IMG/VR virus record: IMGVR_UViG_3300020231_000007
Length of the DNA stretch: 42,072 bases
Strand: one strand, 5' to 3'
From: a virus
Below the pieces are notes generated by a model. That model had not been told where the DNA came from, did not search any database, and worked only from the letters and a program-made list of their open reading frames with translations. Positions 25,222 to 31,903 of this stretch are shown piece by piece. Position numbers and translations under genes: made by a program. Numbering within the stretch: position 1 is the first letter of the stretch; each line of letters begins with the position of its first letter.

Positions 25222-25511
25222 AAACCCTCAGCTATAAAATAACATTCTGATCCAGAACCGGACCGTTTACGATAAGCGATTATTCGCCCCCATTGCCAGT
25301 ATTCAAATATAACACCTTTCGCCGATACGCCACTCAACTTATACTTATTCTGGTATCGATCAAAATAGTTGTTGGTAACTTCAATGCAATCTATATCCGC
25401 GCCGTGGATATCAACTTCGATTACCGGCTTCTTAGATAATATTAAATGATGCATGCAATATCCATGTTGATAATGCTTAGCTCCACAGTAGTAAACTTCA
25501 CATTCTTTCAC
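25218..25511 (-). CDS. Hypothetical protein with N-terminal C-x4-C...GYC-x2-H zinc motif (97 aa)
   Basis: The CEVYYCGAKHYQHGYCMHH motif resembles the zinc knuckle often found at the N-terminus of phage HNH-associated proteins. No nuclease core is visible. Confidence 0.55.
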   Translation of the reverse strand: MKECEVYYCGAKHYQHGYCMHHLILSKKPVIEVDIHGADIDCIEVTNNYFDRYQNKYKLSGVSAKGVIFEYWQWGRIIAYRKRSGSGSECYFIAEGL

Positions 25512-25526
25512 TGGTCAATCTTCCCC

Positions 25527-25745
25527 TCAATAACTAGGACCATAACTTAAGCCTAGTAACACTTGTACTTTCTTTGAATGTTGCTTATTTTTAAAAGCAC
25601 GACGTAGTATCCCGATATCCTCATAGCACTGATCCAAAGCTCTGATAGCGACTGTGCAAGGATGATCATGTAAATCCGAACCATCGCTCAAATCTTCTGA
25701 TGCTATCCCTTCTAGTAGTTCTTTTAATTCATCAATGTTCATCAA
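25527..25745 (-). CDS. Hypothetical protein (72 aa)
   Basis: Overlaps the end of the upstream gene; packed operon. Confidence 0.5.
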   Translation of the reverse strand: MMNIDELKELLEGIASEDLSDGSDLHDHPCTVAIRALDQCYEDIGILRRAFKNKQHSKKVQVLLGLSYGPSY

Positions 25746-26115
25746 TCTTCTCCTTTATTAGTAGTTCTGGGTTTTCGTAAATGCTGCCTATGACCTCAAC
25801 GGTACGCGGCCAGTCAGCAGTTTTAAAATTAAAATTATTCGACCATTCATTCATATCTCTAACAAACTCAGCATCAAAACTAGCGCTCGGCTCATGCCAG
25901 ACAACTTTACATATTCTCCCAGACGTATTAGCAAATAGTAATAGATCGCCTTCACAAATATCTTCACCATTCTTATCTTCTAGTCCTGTGTACTGTTCTG
26001 CTGTTAACCCGTTTCTAACTTGCTCCCAGAACCAATCTCCTCTAGTAACCGAATCCCAAGTGATAAACTCTTTATCCTGTGGTACCCAAGCCCGATATTT
26101 AGTTGTTCGCATCAA
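25732..26115 (-). CDS. YopX-family protein
   Basis: KYRAW...., QYTGLEDKNGEDICEGDLL and VIGSIYENPELL are hallmark YopX motifs. Confidence 0.85.
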   Translation of the reverse strand: MMRTTKYRAWVPQDKEFITWDSVTRGDWFWEQVRNGLTAEQYTGLEDKNGEDICEGDLLLFANTSGRICKVVWHEPSASFDAEFVRDMNEWSNNFNFKTADWPRTVEVIGSIYENPELLIKEKIDEH

Positions 26116-26791
26116 TCTTCCCCTTCATCTTCTTCATTGCCTGGTCTATAGTCTCACCTTTTTCTGGATGCCAGGAAACGCACCCATGCTCGTTATTGTA
26201 GATACTCCCACCCGCAGAGTCACCGAAAAATTGTATATCACAAGCAGGGCACTCTTCTCTAAACCTATCTACAAATGACTGCATGGTTGGCACTTCAGGT
26301 TTTTCACATTTCAGAAAACCATCAAGAATCGCAAGAATGTTGCATGTCCCTGCTGCGTATATTTTACGCTGTTTACGAATACATTTACCTTTTTTATTTA
26401 TGAATTCGATGTATTCTATTTTTATGTTTTCGTCATAGTGGTATTCATCCATGTACGGGTTTTCAAGATTGTCTTGGATGCCTACTAGAACCTCCGTTAG
26501 CTCATCATCTTCATCAGGCTCAAGAACTCCCTGCTCTATGGACACAACTTCAGAGTATTTCTTTTCAAGCTCTGTAATCTTTTCGGCTATAGCAGCATAG
26601 ATTTTATAATTGGTACGCTGGCCACACATGTATTGAATCGATACCGAATCAAACACATCATTTTTAAAAACTATTCTTACATCGGATTCCGTAAGACTGC
26701 TTTTAACCTTAACCTCTAACTCCTTATCCTGGTTGACCATGTATCCATAGATAGCAGTAGTCTTTTTATTCTCATCGATCAGTATTGTCAT
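26099..26791 (-). CDS. Hypothetical protein (230 aa)
   Basis: AAGGTGG RBS. No family recognised. Confidence 0.65.
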   Translation of the reverse strand: MTILIDENKKTTAIYGYMVNQDKELEVKVKSSLTESDVRIVFKNDVFDSVSIQYMCGQRTNYKIYAAIAEKITELEKKYSEVVSIEQGVLEPDEDDELTEVLVGIQDNLENPYMDEYHYDENIKIEYIEFINKKGKCIRKQRKIYAAGTCNILAILDGFLKCEKPEVPTMQSFVDRFREECPACDIQFFGDSAGGSIYNNEHGCVSWHPEKGETIDQAMKKMKGKIDANN

Positions 26792-26817
26792 TTGTTGCCA
26801 CCTTATTTAGTTTGTTT

Positions 26818-26855
26818 AATCCAGATACTTTTTAGGAATCCAGATACTTTTTGAG
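26818..26855. repeat. Perfect 16-nt unit AATCCAGATACTTTTT repeated in tandem with 19-nt period
   Basis: Copies at 26818-26833 and 26837-26852, in the 91-nt gap upstream (minus sense) of gene 26099..26791. Confidence 0.9.
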
Positions 26856-26882
26856 AATTTAGTTACTAACCCATTTGGTGTA

Positions 26883-27125
26883 TTAATTTTTATCTATTGC
26901 ATAACCGCCTTGAAACCATGTACTTTGATATTGGTTCTGGAATTTACCCGTACCGCAAAACATAACCCCCATAACCTCATAGTCGTTTCCTGATTTTGGA
27001 ACAGGCATTTTAGAGTTATTGATAGCCTCGTAACAAGTTTTCATGTCAGGCATAGCAGTTCTAAACCTTTCATTCTTGCTATTATCATCATGTAAAATTA
27101 TGTATAAAAATATTACTTCAAGCAT
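26883..27125 (-). CDS. Hypothetical protein with N-terminal hydrophobic segment (80 aa)
   Basis: ORF in the packed operon. MLEVIFLYIIL is anchor-like. Confidence 0.55.
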   Translation of the reverse strand: MLEVIFLYIILHDDNSKNERFRTAMPDMKTCYEAINNSKMPVPKSGNDYEVMGVMFCGTGKFQNQYQSTWFQGGYAIDKN

Positions 27126-27128
27126 TAC

Positions 27129-27320
27129 CTAACCCCTCTCGTTAATTAATTTACCAGCCGAATAAACCATAACCCTAAGCCTTCCATTAGCCGCTCTAAC
27201 CTGATTGACAGTGATTGGCAACTGATCCTCAGTCACTTCAGAAAACCACTCTTGGGCAGCCTTGAGCGTCTTAATATCGTGATTGGTTTCTGTGCATGAT
27301 GATCCTCTAGGGCATTGCAT
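27129..27320 (-). CDS. Hypothetical protein (63 aa from MQCPRGSSC..; track version extends to 27371)
   Basis: AAGGAG lies 10 nt upstream of the ATG at 27320. The longer version overlaps the hidden ORF 27322..27492 by 50 nt. Confidence 0.5.
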   Translation of the reverse strand: MQCPRGSSCTETNHDIKTLKAAQEWFSEVTEDQLPITVNQVRAANGRLRVMVYSAGKLINERG

Positions 27321-27321
27321 A

Positions 27322-27492
27322 TTATTTGGTCTCCTTAAACTTCTTCGGTTTAAAATATTTCTTCTGCTCAACTTCTATTCGAGCATTCAATTCTTTATTT
27401 ATACTAGACTTTAAAACAACCAACTCATCATTAGTACACCAGTTAATCAGTTGCTTACTCTTAGTCCAGAATGTTTTTCTTAATTTGTCCAT
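27322..27492 (-). CDS. Hidden 56-aa ORF (MDKLRKTFWTKSKQLINWCTNDELVVLKSSINKELNARIEVEQKKYFKPKKFKETK)
   Basis: Below the track cutoff. AAAGG RBS. Its stop lies 1 nt before the ATG at 27320. Confidence 0.45.
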   Translation of the reverse strand: MDKLRKTFWTKSKQLINWCTNDELVVLKSSINKELNARIEVEQKKYFKPKKFKETK

Positions 27493-27996
27493 TATTTACC
27501 TTTGGATCAGCCATAGTTCTGCCTTTACTCCCTTCTTGATATACCCACAGGCTTAGTTTATTTCTCTTAACTAGAACCGTGGATCAAGCATTATGGGATT
27601 CAACTCCAACCACACTATGTGGCTTCAATGTAGAGTGCCATGTTGCAAAGGCTAAACAGTTGCATGGACTTTCGCTGCCTTATATCCTCCGAGACAAGAC
27701 GTTTGCATTATGATGACTCTTGATGCCTATTCTCACCAAATCACCGTTACATGTTAAATAGGGGCTTGTAGCTCTTGCCTGATTGTTATTTTGAGAGCAT
27801 TAAGGCGAAAGTATCCATTGCTCTTAAATTCAGATAGTTCCAAAATGGAAACGACTGATTATCGAATAATGACTAGCAAGTTTTAGGAGGATTAATAGGA
27901 TTTGAAGCTGGAAGGATTTGTGGTATTATTTCCCACAGCTTGGTTGCTATTAACCTCGTAGGCTTGCCGGCCAATGATCGAGGTTTTTCTAATTTA
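27493..27996 (-). ncRNA. About 500-nt non-coding, hairpin-rich stretch inside the dense leftward operon (function unknown)
   Basis: All three minus-strand frames are full of stops, and only antisense artefact ORFs appear on the + strand. Hairpins, written as minus-strand sequence at + strand coordinates, include AGCCACA-TAG-TGTGGTT (27609-27625), CCATG...CATGG, TGTGG-GAAATAATA-CCACA (27918-27936) and ACCTCG..20 nt..CGAGGT (27953-27984). Confidence 0.4.
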
Positions 27997-28191
27997 TTAC
28001 TTTTTCTGATCTTTGTCTATTTGTTTGTATCCCCACTCAAACATATTAAATGCACACTCTTTGCAGTATTCCTCTTTCTGACTGTCATCCATCTGACCCC
28101 ACTCCTTCGCATCTACAGTTATTTCATCAGCACACATACTACCAACACAATCAGTTCTTACATAAACCTCAATTGTTATCTCCTCACCCAT
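27997..28191 (-). CDS. Cassette A small Cys-rich acidic protein (64 aa from MGEEITIEVY..; track start 28203)
   Basis: GGAGGA lies in the conserved leader. It ends ..KQIDKDQKK with a double stop TAATAA, shared with cassette B. Confidence 0.6.
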   Translation of the reverse strand: MGEEITIEVYVRTDCVGSMCADEITVDAKEWGQMDDSQKEEYCKECAFNMFEWGYKQIDKDQKK

Positions 28192-28192
28192 T

Positions 28193-28375
28193 TCATCCTC
28201 CATTGCCTGTATTGGCTACTTTTTTTTCAACTCTAAATAAAGACCATCGCCCATCTTTGAGCCAGAAATCACCAAAGCAATCAACATATAACTTTACTGT
28301 TTGGCCGCTCACTACATCAGTAAACCGAGTCTCGACAAAAGTGAGGCTAAAATAACTTTTCAATAACCGTTTCAT
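28193..28375 (-). CDS. Hypothetical protein (60 aa), preceded by leader copy C
   Basis: Leader TATACAGGCAATGGAGATTACGAAATG. The 3' end overlaps leader A. Confidence 0.55.
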   Translation of the reverse strand: MKRLLKSYFSLTFVETRFTDVVSGQTVKLYVDCFGDFWLKDGRWSLFRVEKKVANTGNGG

Positions 28376-28406
28376 TTCGTAATCTCCATTGCCTGTATAA
28401 AATCAG

Positions 28407-28619
28407 TTAATACCCTTCAAATTCTGGTATCTCGTCAAATTGCTCTTGAGTCATTAAAACAGGCTCTAGTACTGGCATACCCTCATCAGACTCAATATGT
28501 GAATCAAACCAGTGAGACATATCGTTTAATACGCCATCTAAAGTGTCTACGTAATATCTGTTTCCAGTAGATTCTTTATCTTGATAAACTTTATAAAACA
28601 CCTTCGTATGTTTGCTCAC
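28407..28619 (-). CDS. Hypothetical acidic protein (70 aa, GTG start)
   Basis: GAGGA lies 6 nt before the GTG. Confidence 0.5.
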   Translation of the reverse strand: MSKHTKVFYKVYQDKESTGNRYYVDTLDGVLNDMSHWFDSHIESDEGMPVLEPVLMTQEQFDEIPEFEGY

Positions 28620-28640
28620 AATTAATCCTCGCTGGTTAAA

Positions 28641-28886
28641 CTAATCTCTACCTTCATAATATTCGCAGCGGGTACACTCCCAAAGCTGCGCATGAGGGGG
28701 TTTATTTTGCTTCATATCATGCCCACCAACGCAATAAACGTCATAGTGATATGAGATGTTTGTGGTGAATTTGAAGGTCTTAAGGCAGCTCAAGCAGTCT
28801 TGTTCATTGTCATCTTCGTACCCTTGGCCGTCATCATGAATAATTTCGATCTCACATTTACAATATGGACAGTGCACGTCTGACAT
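28641..28886 (-). CDS. Double zinc-ribbon protein (81 aa from MSDVHCPYCK..)
   Basis: GGAGGGG lies 3 nt before the ATG at 28886. Cys pairs CPYC...CLSC and C..C. Confidence 0.6.
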   Translation of the reverse strand: MSDVHCPYCKCEIEIIHDDGQGYEDDNEQDCLSCLKTFKFTTNISYHYDVYCVGGHDMKQNKPPHAQLWECTRCEYYEGRD

Positions 28887-29064
28887 ATCCCCTCCGATTA
28901 AACAACAGCCACAGAAATCCATGACTAATTATTGAGCCGATTAGCTGGGAAACGATTTGAAATGTTAGGAAGGTTCTTGCTATACTTGCCGTAGGTCCGG
29001 CGGGGGTAGTACTTTCCTTTTGTTTTCAAACTGCTTCCGACGCAAACCGGACTTGACTAACTTA

Positions 29065-29214
29065 TTACTTTTTCTGATCTTTGTCTAGCTTGGCTTTAAT
29101 AATATCAGGCCAGCTGTTTAGCTTTATCTTAAGCCCGTCAGTGTATTGGACCTCTACGCCAACCAGCCCTAGACATATAATATAAAACCCTAAACAAAGT
29201 ATTACTCTCATCAT
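29065..29214 (-). CDS. Cassette B hidden 49-aa protein with N-terminal hydrophobic or signal-like segment
   Basis: Sequence MMRVILCLGFYIICLGLVGVEVQYTDGLKIKLNSWPDIIKAKLDKDQKK. It has the same 25-nt leader and the same 31-nt 3' block (DKDQKK, TAATAA) as cassette A. Confidence 0.55.
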   Translation of the reverse strand: MMRVILCLGFYIICLGLVGVEVQYTDGLKIKLNSWPDIIKAKLDKDQKK

Positions 29215-29238
29215 TTCATCCTCCATTGCCTGTATTAG

Positions 29239-29412
29239 TTAAACTATTGCTCTTTTAATGTCGTTATCTCTCTGAGCATCAGTCATTGATTCCCATCGAT
29301 CAAATTCAAAGTTATGCTGATCAAGCGTTTTTTGATTCTCTTCACAGCATTCTTTGCAGTAGCCTTCATATATCTCTTCAGATTCAAAACTACATTGAGG
29401 GCAATCAAACAT
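29239..29412 (-). CDS. Zinc-ribbon protein (57 aa from MFDCPQCSF..), preceded by leader copy D
   Basis: Leader AATAGAGCAATGGAGAATGAAATG. Cys motifs CPQC...CKECC. The track start at 29439 overlaps the upstream gene. Confidence 0.55.
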   Translation of the reverse strand: MFDCPQCSFESEEIYEGYCKECCEENQKTLDQHNFEFDRWESMTDAQRDNDIKRAIV

Positions 29413-29428
29413 TTCATTCTCCATTGCT

Positions 29429-29659
29429 CTATTCGTCAAACTTTAAAGAAGCAGGATAATTCAAAGCAAGCCAAGCAATGCACAATTCTTTGAACTTCAC
29501 TTTGTCTATTATTCCAATTTGATCGACGTACACAAAGACTTTATTTTTTCTGCTAACGAATTGAATATTACTTGATGAATCTCTAACACCAATAAATTTA
29601 TCATTAGTATCTGTGATGTACTCAAGAGTGTCTTTATGTATCTCTGTAACGTCACCCAT
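29429..29659 (-). CDS. Hypothetical protein (76 aa)
   Basis: AAGGTGAAAG then ATG, inside the upstream gene end. Confidence 0.55.
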   Translation of the reverse strand: MGDVTEIHKDTLEYITDTNDKFIGVRDSSSNIQFVSRKNKVFVYVDQIGIIDKVKFKELCIAWLALNYPASLKFDE

Positions 29660-29903
29660 CTTTCACCTTCTCAGCAAGTTGATCTATCTTAATACTCAGT
29701 GTTGCAATTATCCCCAATAAGGGTTGGTAGACTTCGCTAGCAATGTAAGAAGCTTGGTCAGCAGTAAAGGAAGCATTACATTCGAGATCATTAGCAAGCT
29801 CTCTAGGGTTCGGCATACATTCAAATACTTGCGCTGTACTACATATCTGGCAACCAACACCTAGCAAACTATCCTTCGTCGAGCAATCGCATCTAAACTT
29901 CAT
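29652..29903 (-). CDS. Hypothetical Cys-rich protein (83 aa)
   Basis: Packed operon ORF. Confidence 0.55.
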   Translation of the reverse strand: MKFRCDCSTKDSLLGVGCQICSTAQVFECMPNPRELANDLECNASFTADQASYIASEVYQPLLGIIATLSIKIDQLAEKVKDG

Positions 29904-29928
29904 CTTCAGTCATCCTGTTATCTTTTTG

Positions 29929-30324
29929 TTAAATGATATTATTTTCAACCCACGATCTCATCCTTACCCATCGACCTGACGGAGCTTCGTCGCGGTAGGG
30001 ACACCATTCGTCATTCAGATAAACAATTTCCATTGCCAAAGCTTCTGAAATATTAAAAGCTTTAGCAATGTCGGTAGATTCATCAGGGTCAAGATTTGAC
30101 ATATCAATACCGCGAGCATTGCCAACAACCCCAAGCGCGCAATATTCACCGTCAGCTTCAAGTGCATGAGCTATTAAGCTCTTTACCCGCATTTTATCCA
30201 TGCTGTCCGCTAACTCAGTCAGTAGAGCTTGCCCTCTTTTACCTCTGATTCCTGCCTTTACAGCTCCCCGCCAGCGAATCAGCTCCCAATTGTCTAACTC
30301 TTCACTGTATCCGCTTCTGCTCAT
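29929..30324 (-). CDS. Conserved phage protein of unknown function (131 aa)
   Basis: MSRSGYSEELDNWELIRWRGAV...IRGKRGQA.L.EL...D....K.LIAH.LE..GE.CA.G.VG.ARGIDMS..DP matches a widespread phage family I know only as hypothetical. Confidence 0.7.
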   Translation of the reverse strand: MSRSGYSEELDNWELIRWRGAVKAGIRGKRGQALLTELADSMDKMRVKSLIAHALEADGEYCALGVVGNARGIDMSNLDPDESTDIAKAFNISEALAMEIVYLNDEWCPYRDEAPSGRWVRMRSWVENNII

Positions 30325-30494
30325 GATTATCCTTTGTTTGGGTGACAGAGGCCCCGCGCTACTGGGGCAGTAGTATCGCTAGCGCTAACTGGCAATACTA
30401 TCAAAGCAATATAGGCTCATTTTCTTTTTCCAGCCCAAGGTGGTCGCGACTCTACCTTATAAATATTACTCACGCTTGCAACTCTGTCATTAAA

Positions 30495-30587
30495 TGGGGC
30501 GGTAGATGGGATTCGAACCCACCCGATATCATATTGCCCAGGGCCATCATATCGCTTGGACTATTAAGCTATTAAGCCACTACCGCC
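30495..30587 (-). tRNA. tRNA-like element: perfect acceptor stem, canonical T-arm and encoded CCA, but no canonical D or anticodon arms
   Basis: Minus strand: GGCGGTAGTGGCTTAATAGCTTAATAGTCCAAGCGATATGATGGCCCTGGGCAATATGATATCGGGTGGGTTCGAATCCCATCTACCGCCCCA. The acceptor is GCGGTAG/CTACCGC, with U8, T-arm GTGGG-TTCGAAT-CCCAT, discriminator C and CCA. The body contains the tandem GCTTAATA x2 and a 31-nt hairpin flanked by ATATGAT x2. I could not place a 5-bp/7-nt anticodon arm in any register. Confidence 0.5.
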
Positions 30588-30599
30588 ATTAAATCGTTA

Positions 30600-30845
30600 T
30601 TAGCCAACATCAACCCAATCATCTGCCAGCATGTCAGTCTGCGAGGCAAGCCAGGGCACTAGCGACTTGGGAGCCGCTTCGTTGTCTGTCTGCAAACCCG
30701 TAGTATCAATAAAAATATACGGGCTAGTCATCTTGCTGTTTTCGTCTGGCACCTGTAGCTCAATAAAAATACCTTTGCCGTTCCAGCCTTCTCTTGCTAC
30801 TTTTCGACCGGCCTTTAGTTCATGTATTGCTTCACCAAAATTCAT
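30600..30845 (-). CDS. DUF2829-family protein (the family that includes Thoeris anti-defence Tad2)
   Basis: MNFGEAIHELKAGRKVAREGWNGKGIFIELQ ... WLASQTDMLADDWVDV is the characteristic DUF2829 signature. AGAGGA RBS. Confidence 0.75.
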   Translation of the reverse strand: MNFGEAIHELKAGRKVAREGWNGKGIFIELQVPDENSKMTSPYIFIDTTGLQTDNEAAPKSLVPWLASQTDMLADDWVDVG

Positions 30846-31038
30846 ATGTACGTCCTCTTATTTCATTAAATGTTAAGTATTAATTTACCCCTCTGTCGCC
30901 ATCGTTGGGGCACCGACTGTAAGGGATCAAAAACCCTTGGCTTGATGATTATTCACATGCTCAGAGAAAACTCTACTACTCTCTAACACGCCTACTACAA
31001 AGTAAGGATTTACTTAGGTAGTGTTACATGCATTGCGA

Positions 31039-31224
31039 TCACCCGACGCGTTCTACGTAACCGTTTCTTCTATACTGAATACCCTTTTTTGCAATACTAC
31101 TTTTCAATTGAGAATGATAGGTCTTATCTTCAATGTCAGCAACGCGAGCCGGGGTAGCATCCAATCCAATTAAAATGATCAGTATTGCAAGCAGGGCCAA
31201 AACTATTTTAGTTGTCTTGCTCAT
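31039..31224 (-). CDS. Small membrane-anchored protein (61 aa)
   Basis: N-terminal TM segment IVLALLAILIILIGL. ATGA overlap with the upstream gene. Confidence 0.6.
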   Translation of the reverse strand: MSKTTKIVLALLAILIILIGLDATPARVADIEDKTYHSQLKSSIAKKGIQYRRNGYVERVG

Positions 31225-31766
31225 GATTCTAGATCCTGGTAGTAGGGCACATACTTGCCATTAGTCCTGAAACGATCCATATAGAAAAACTGATTCATTC
31301 CAATCTCAGTGGTTTCAATGTGAACATTTTCGGGGACTAAAAACTTCAAGGCTTGACTGTGGTATAAGGCGAGTATCTCTAACTCATGATGAGCTACTAG
31401 AAAAGTCCCATCATGATTAAAATCTTTCTCAACTATATGCGTTATTCTACGCTTGTTTCGATCCGTATCGGGGTCAATGTCGTCGAATGCAACAAAGCCG
31501 GTCAACCATTCCAAGTACTGTTCTTTGGTTACTAGATCGCAAAGTCTCATCAATCGCTGACGCAGCACTATAGCATGCCTCTTTTTAACCATAGCGTGTT
31601 CCTGGTTTAACTCATCCAGCAGCCGATTTTGTTCCTTCTCCTCTCTCTTTTCTTGTACCTGCACTCTCAAGCGATTAGTTGCCGATAATTTCTTACTTTC
31701 CATACCAAAAGAATCGCCCTTGTCTTTAAGTATTAGTGGGTGAAAACCGCTCATTAGATCGTTCAT
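31221..31766 (-). CDS. First gene of the leftward early operon, hypothetical (181 aa)
   Basis: AAAGGTGG RBS, about 35 nt downstream of the leftward promoter. Confidence 0.65.
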   Translation of the reverse strand: MNDLMSGFHPLILKDKGDSFGMESKKLSATNRLRVQVQEKREEKEQNRLLDELNQEHAMVKKRHAIVLRQRLMRLCDLVTKEQYLEWLTGFVAFDDIDPDTDRNKRRITHIVEKDFNHDGTFLVAHHELEILALYHSQALKFLVPENVHIETTEIGMNQFFYMDRFRTNGKYVPYYQDLES

Positions 31767-31806
31767 GCTTAGCCACCTTTTTTAGTTGTTTGTTTGCGAT
31801 GGGGTA

Positions 31807-31835
31807 AACTTAATGTATCACTCATACATAGTCAA
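31807..31835 (-). promoter_or_regulatory. Leftward early promoter with 17-bp dyad operator (site 2)
   Basis: Minus-strand reading: TTGACT-17 nt-TAAGTT. The spacer is exactly the dyad ATGTATGAGTGATACAT (31813-31829). Confidence 0.6.
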
Positions 31836-31858
31836 GAGATTATTATTATTTGTTTACC

Positions 31859-31887
31859 TTGACGGTTAGCTATATGAGTGATACGTT
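31859..31887 (+). promoter_or_regulatory. Rightward early promoter with 17-bp dyad operator (site 3)
   Basis: TTGACG-17 nt-TACGTT. The dyad CTATATGAGTGATACGT (31870-31886) overlaps the -10. Confidence 0.55.
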
Positions 31888-31903
31888 TAGTGAAGATTAA
31901 TTA

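Noticed and set aside
27129-27371. 80-aa version of the ORF with the Arg-rich N-terminus MSRRNILNRRSLRRPNN
   Set aside because: The extension overlaps the better-supported hidden ORF 27322..27492 by 50 nt. The internal ATG at 27320 has an AAGGAG RBS, so the shorter form is preferred, though not proven.
27593-27611. A second tRNA gene in the 500-nt non-coding stretch
   Set aside because: Only a T-arm-like 20-mer resembles the 30.5-kb element. No acceptor stem partner was found, and a 9-mer identity of this kind is not clearly beyond chance. It is mentioned only as a weak hint of a decayed tRNA.
27940-28355. + strand ORFs 27940..28236 and 28050..28355
   Set aside because: They are antisense to well-supported minus-strand genes with conserved leaders. 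They have TTG or odd starts and hydrophobic or His/Pro-rich low-complexity translations typical of antisense artefacts.
30342-30575. 77-aa + strand ORF from the track
   Set aside because: It runs antisense across the tRNA-like element and a hairpin-rich non-coding gap, has no RBS, and has low-complexity content. It is probably spurious.
30495-30587. A normal tRNA gene, or an attP core for tRNA-directed integration
   Set aside because: No 5-bp/7-nt anticodon arm or standard D-arm could be drawn, so I cannot assign an isotype. No integrase gene is present anywhere in the genome, so an attP role is unsupported.
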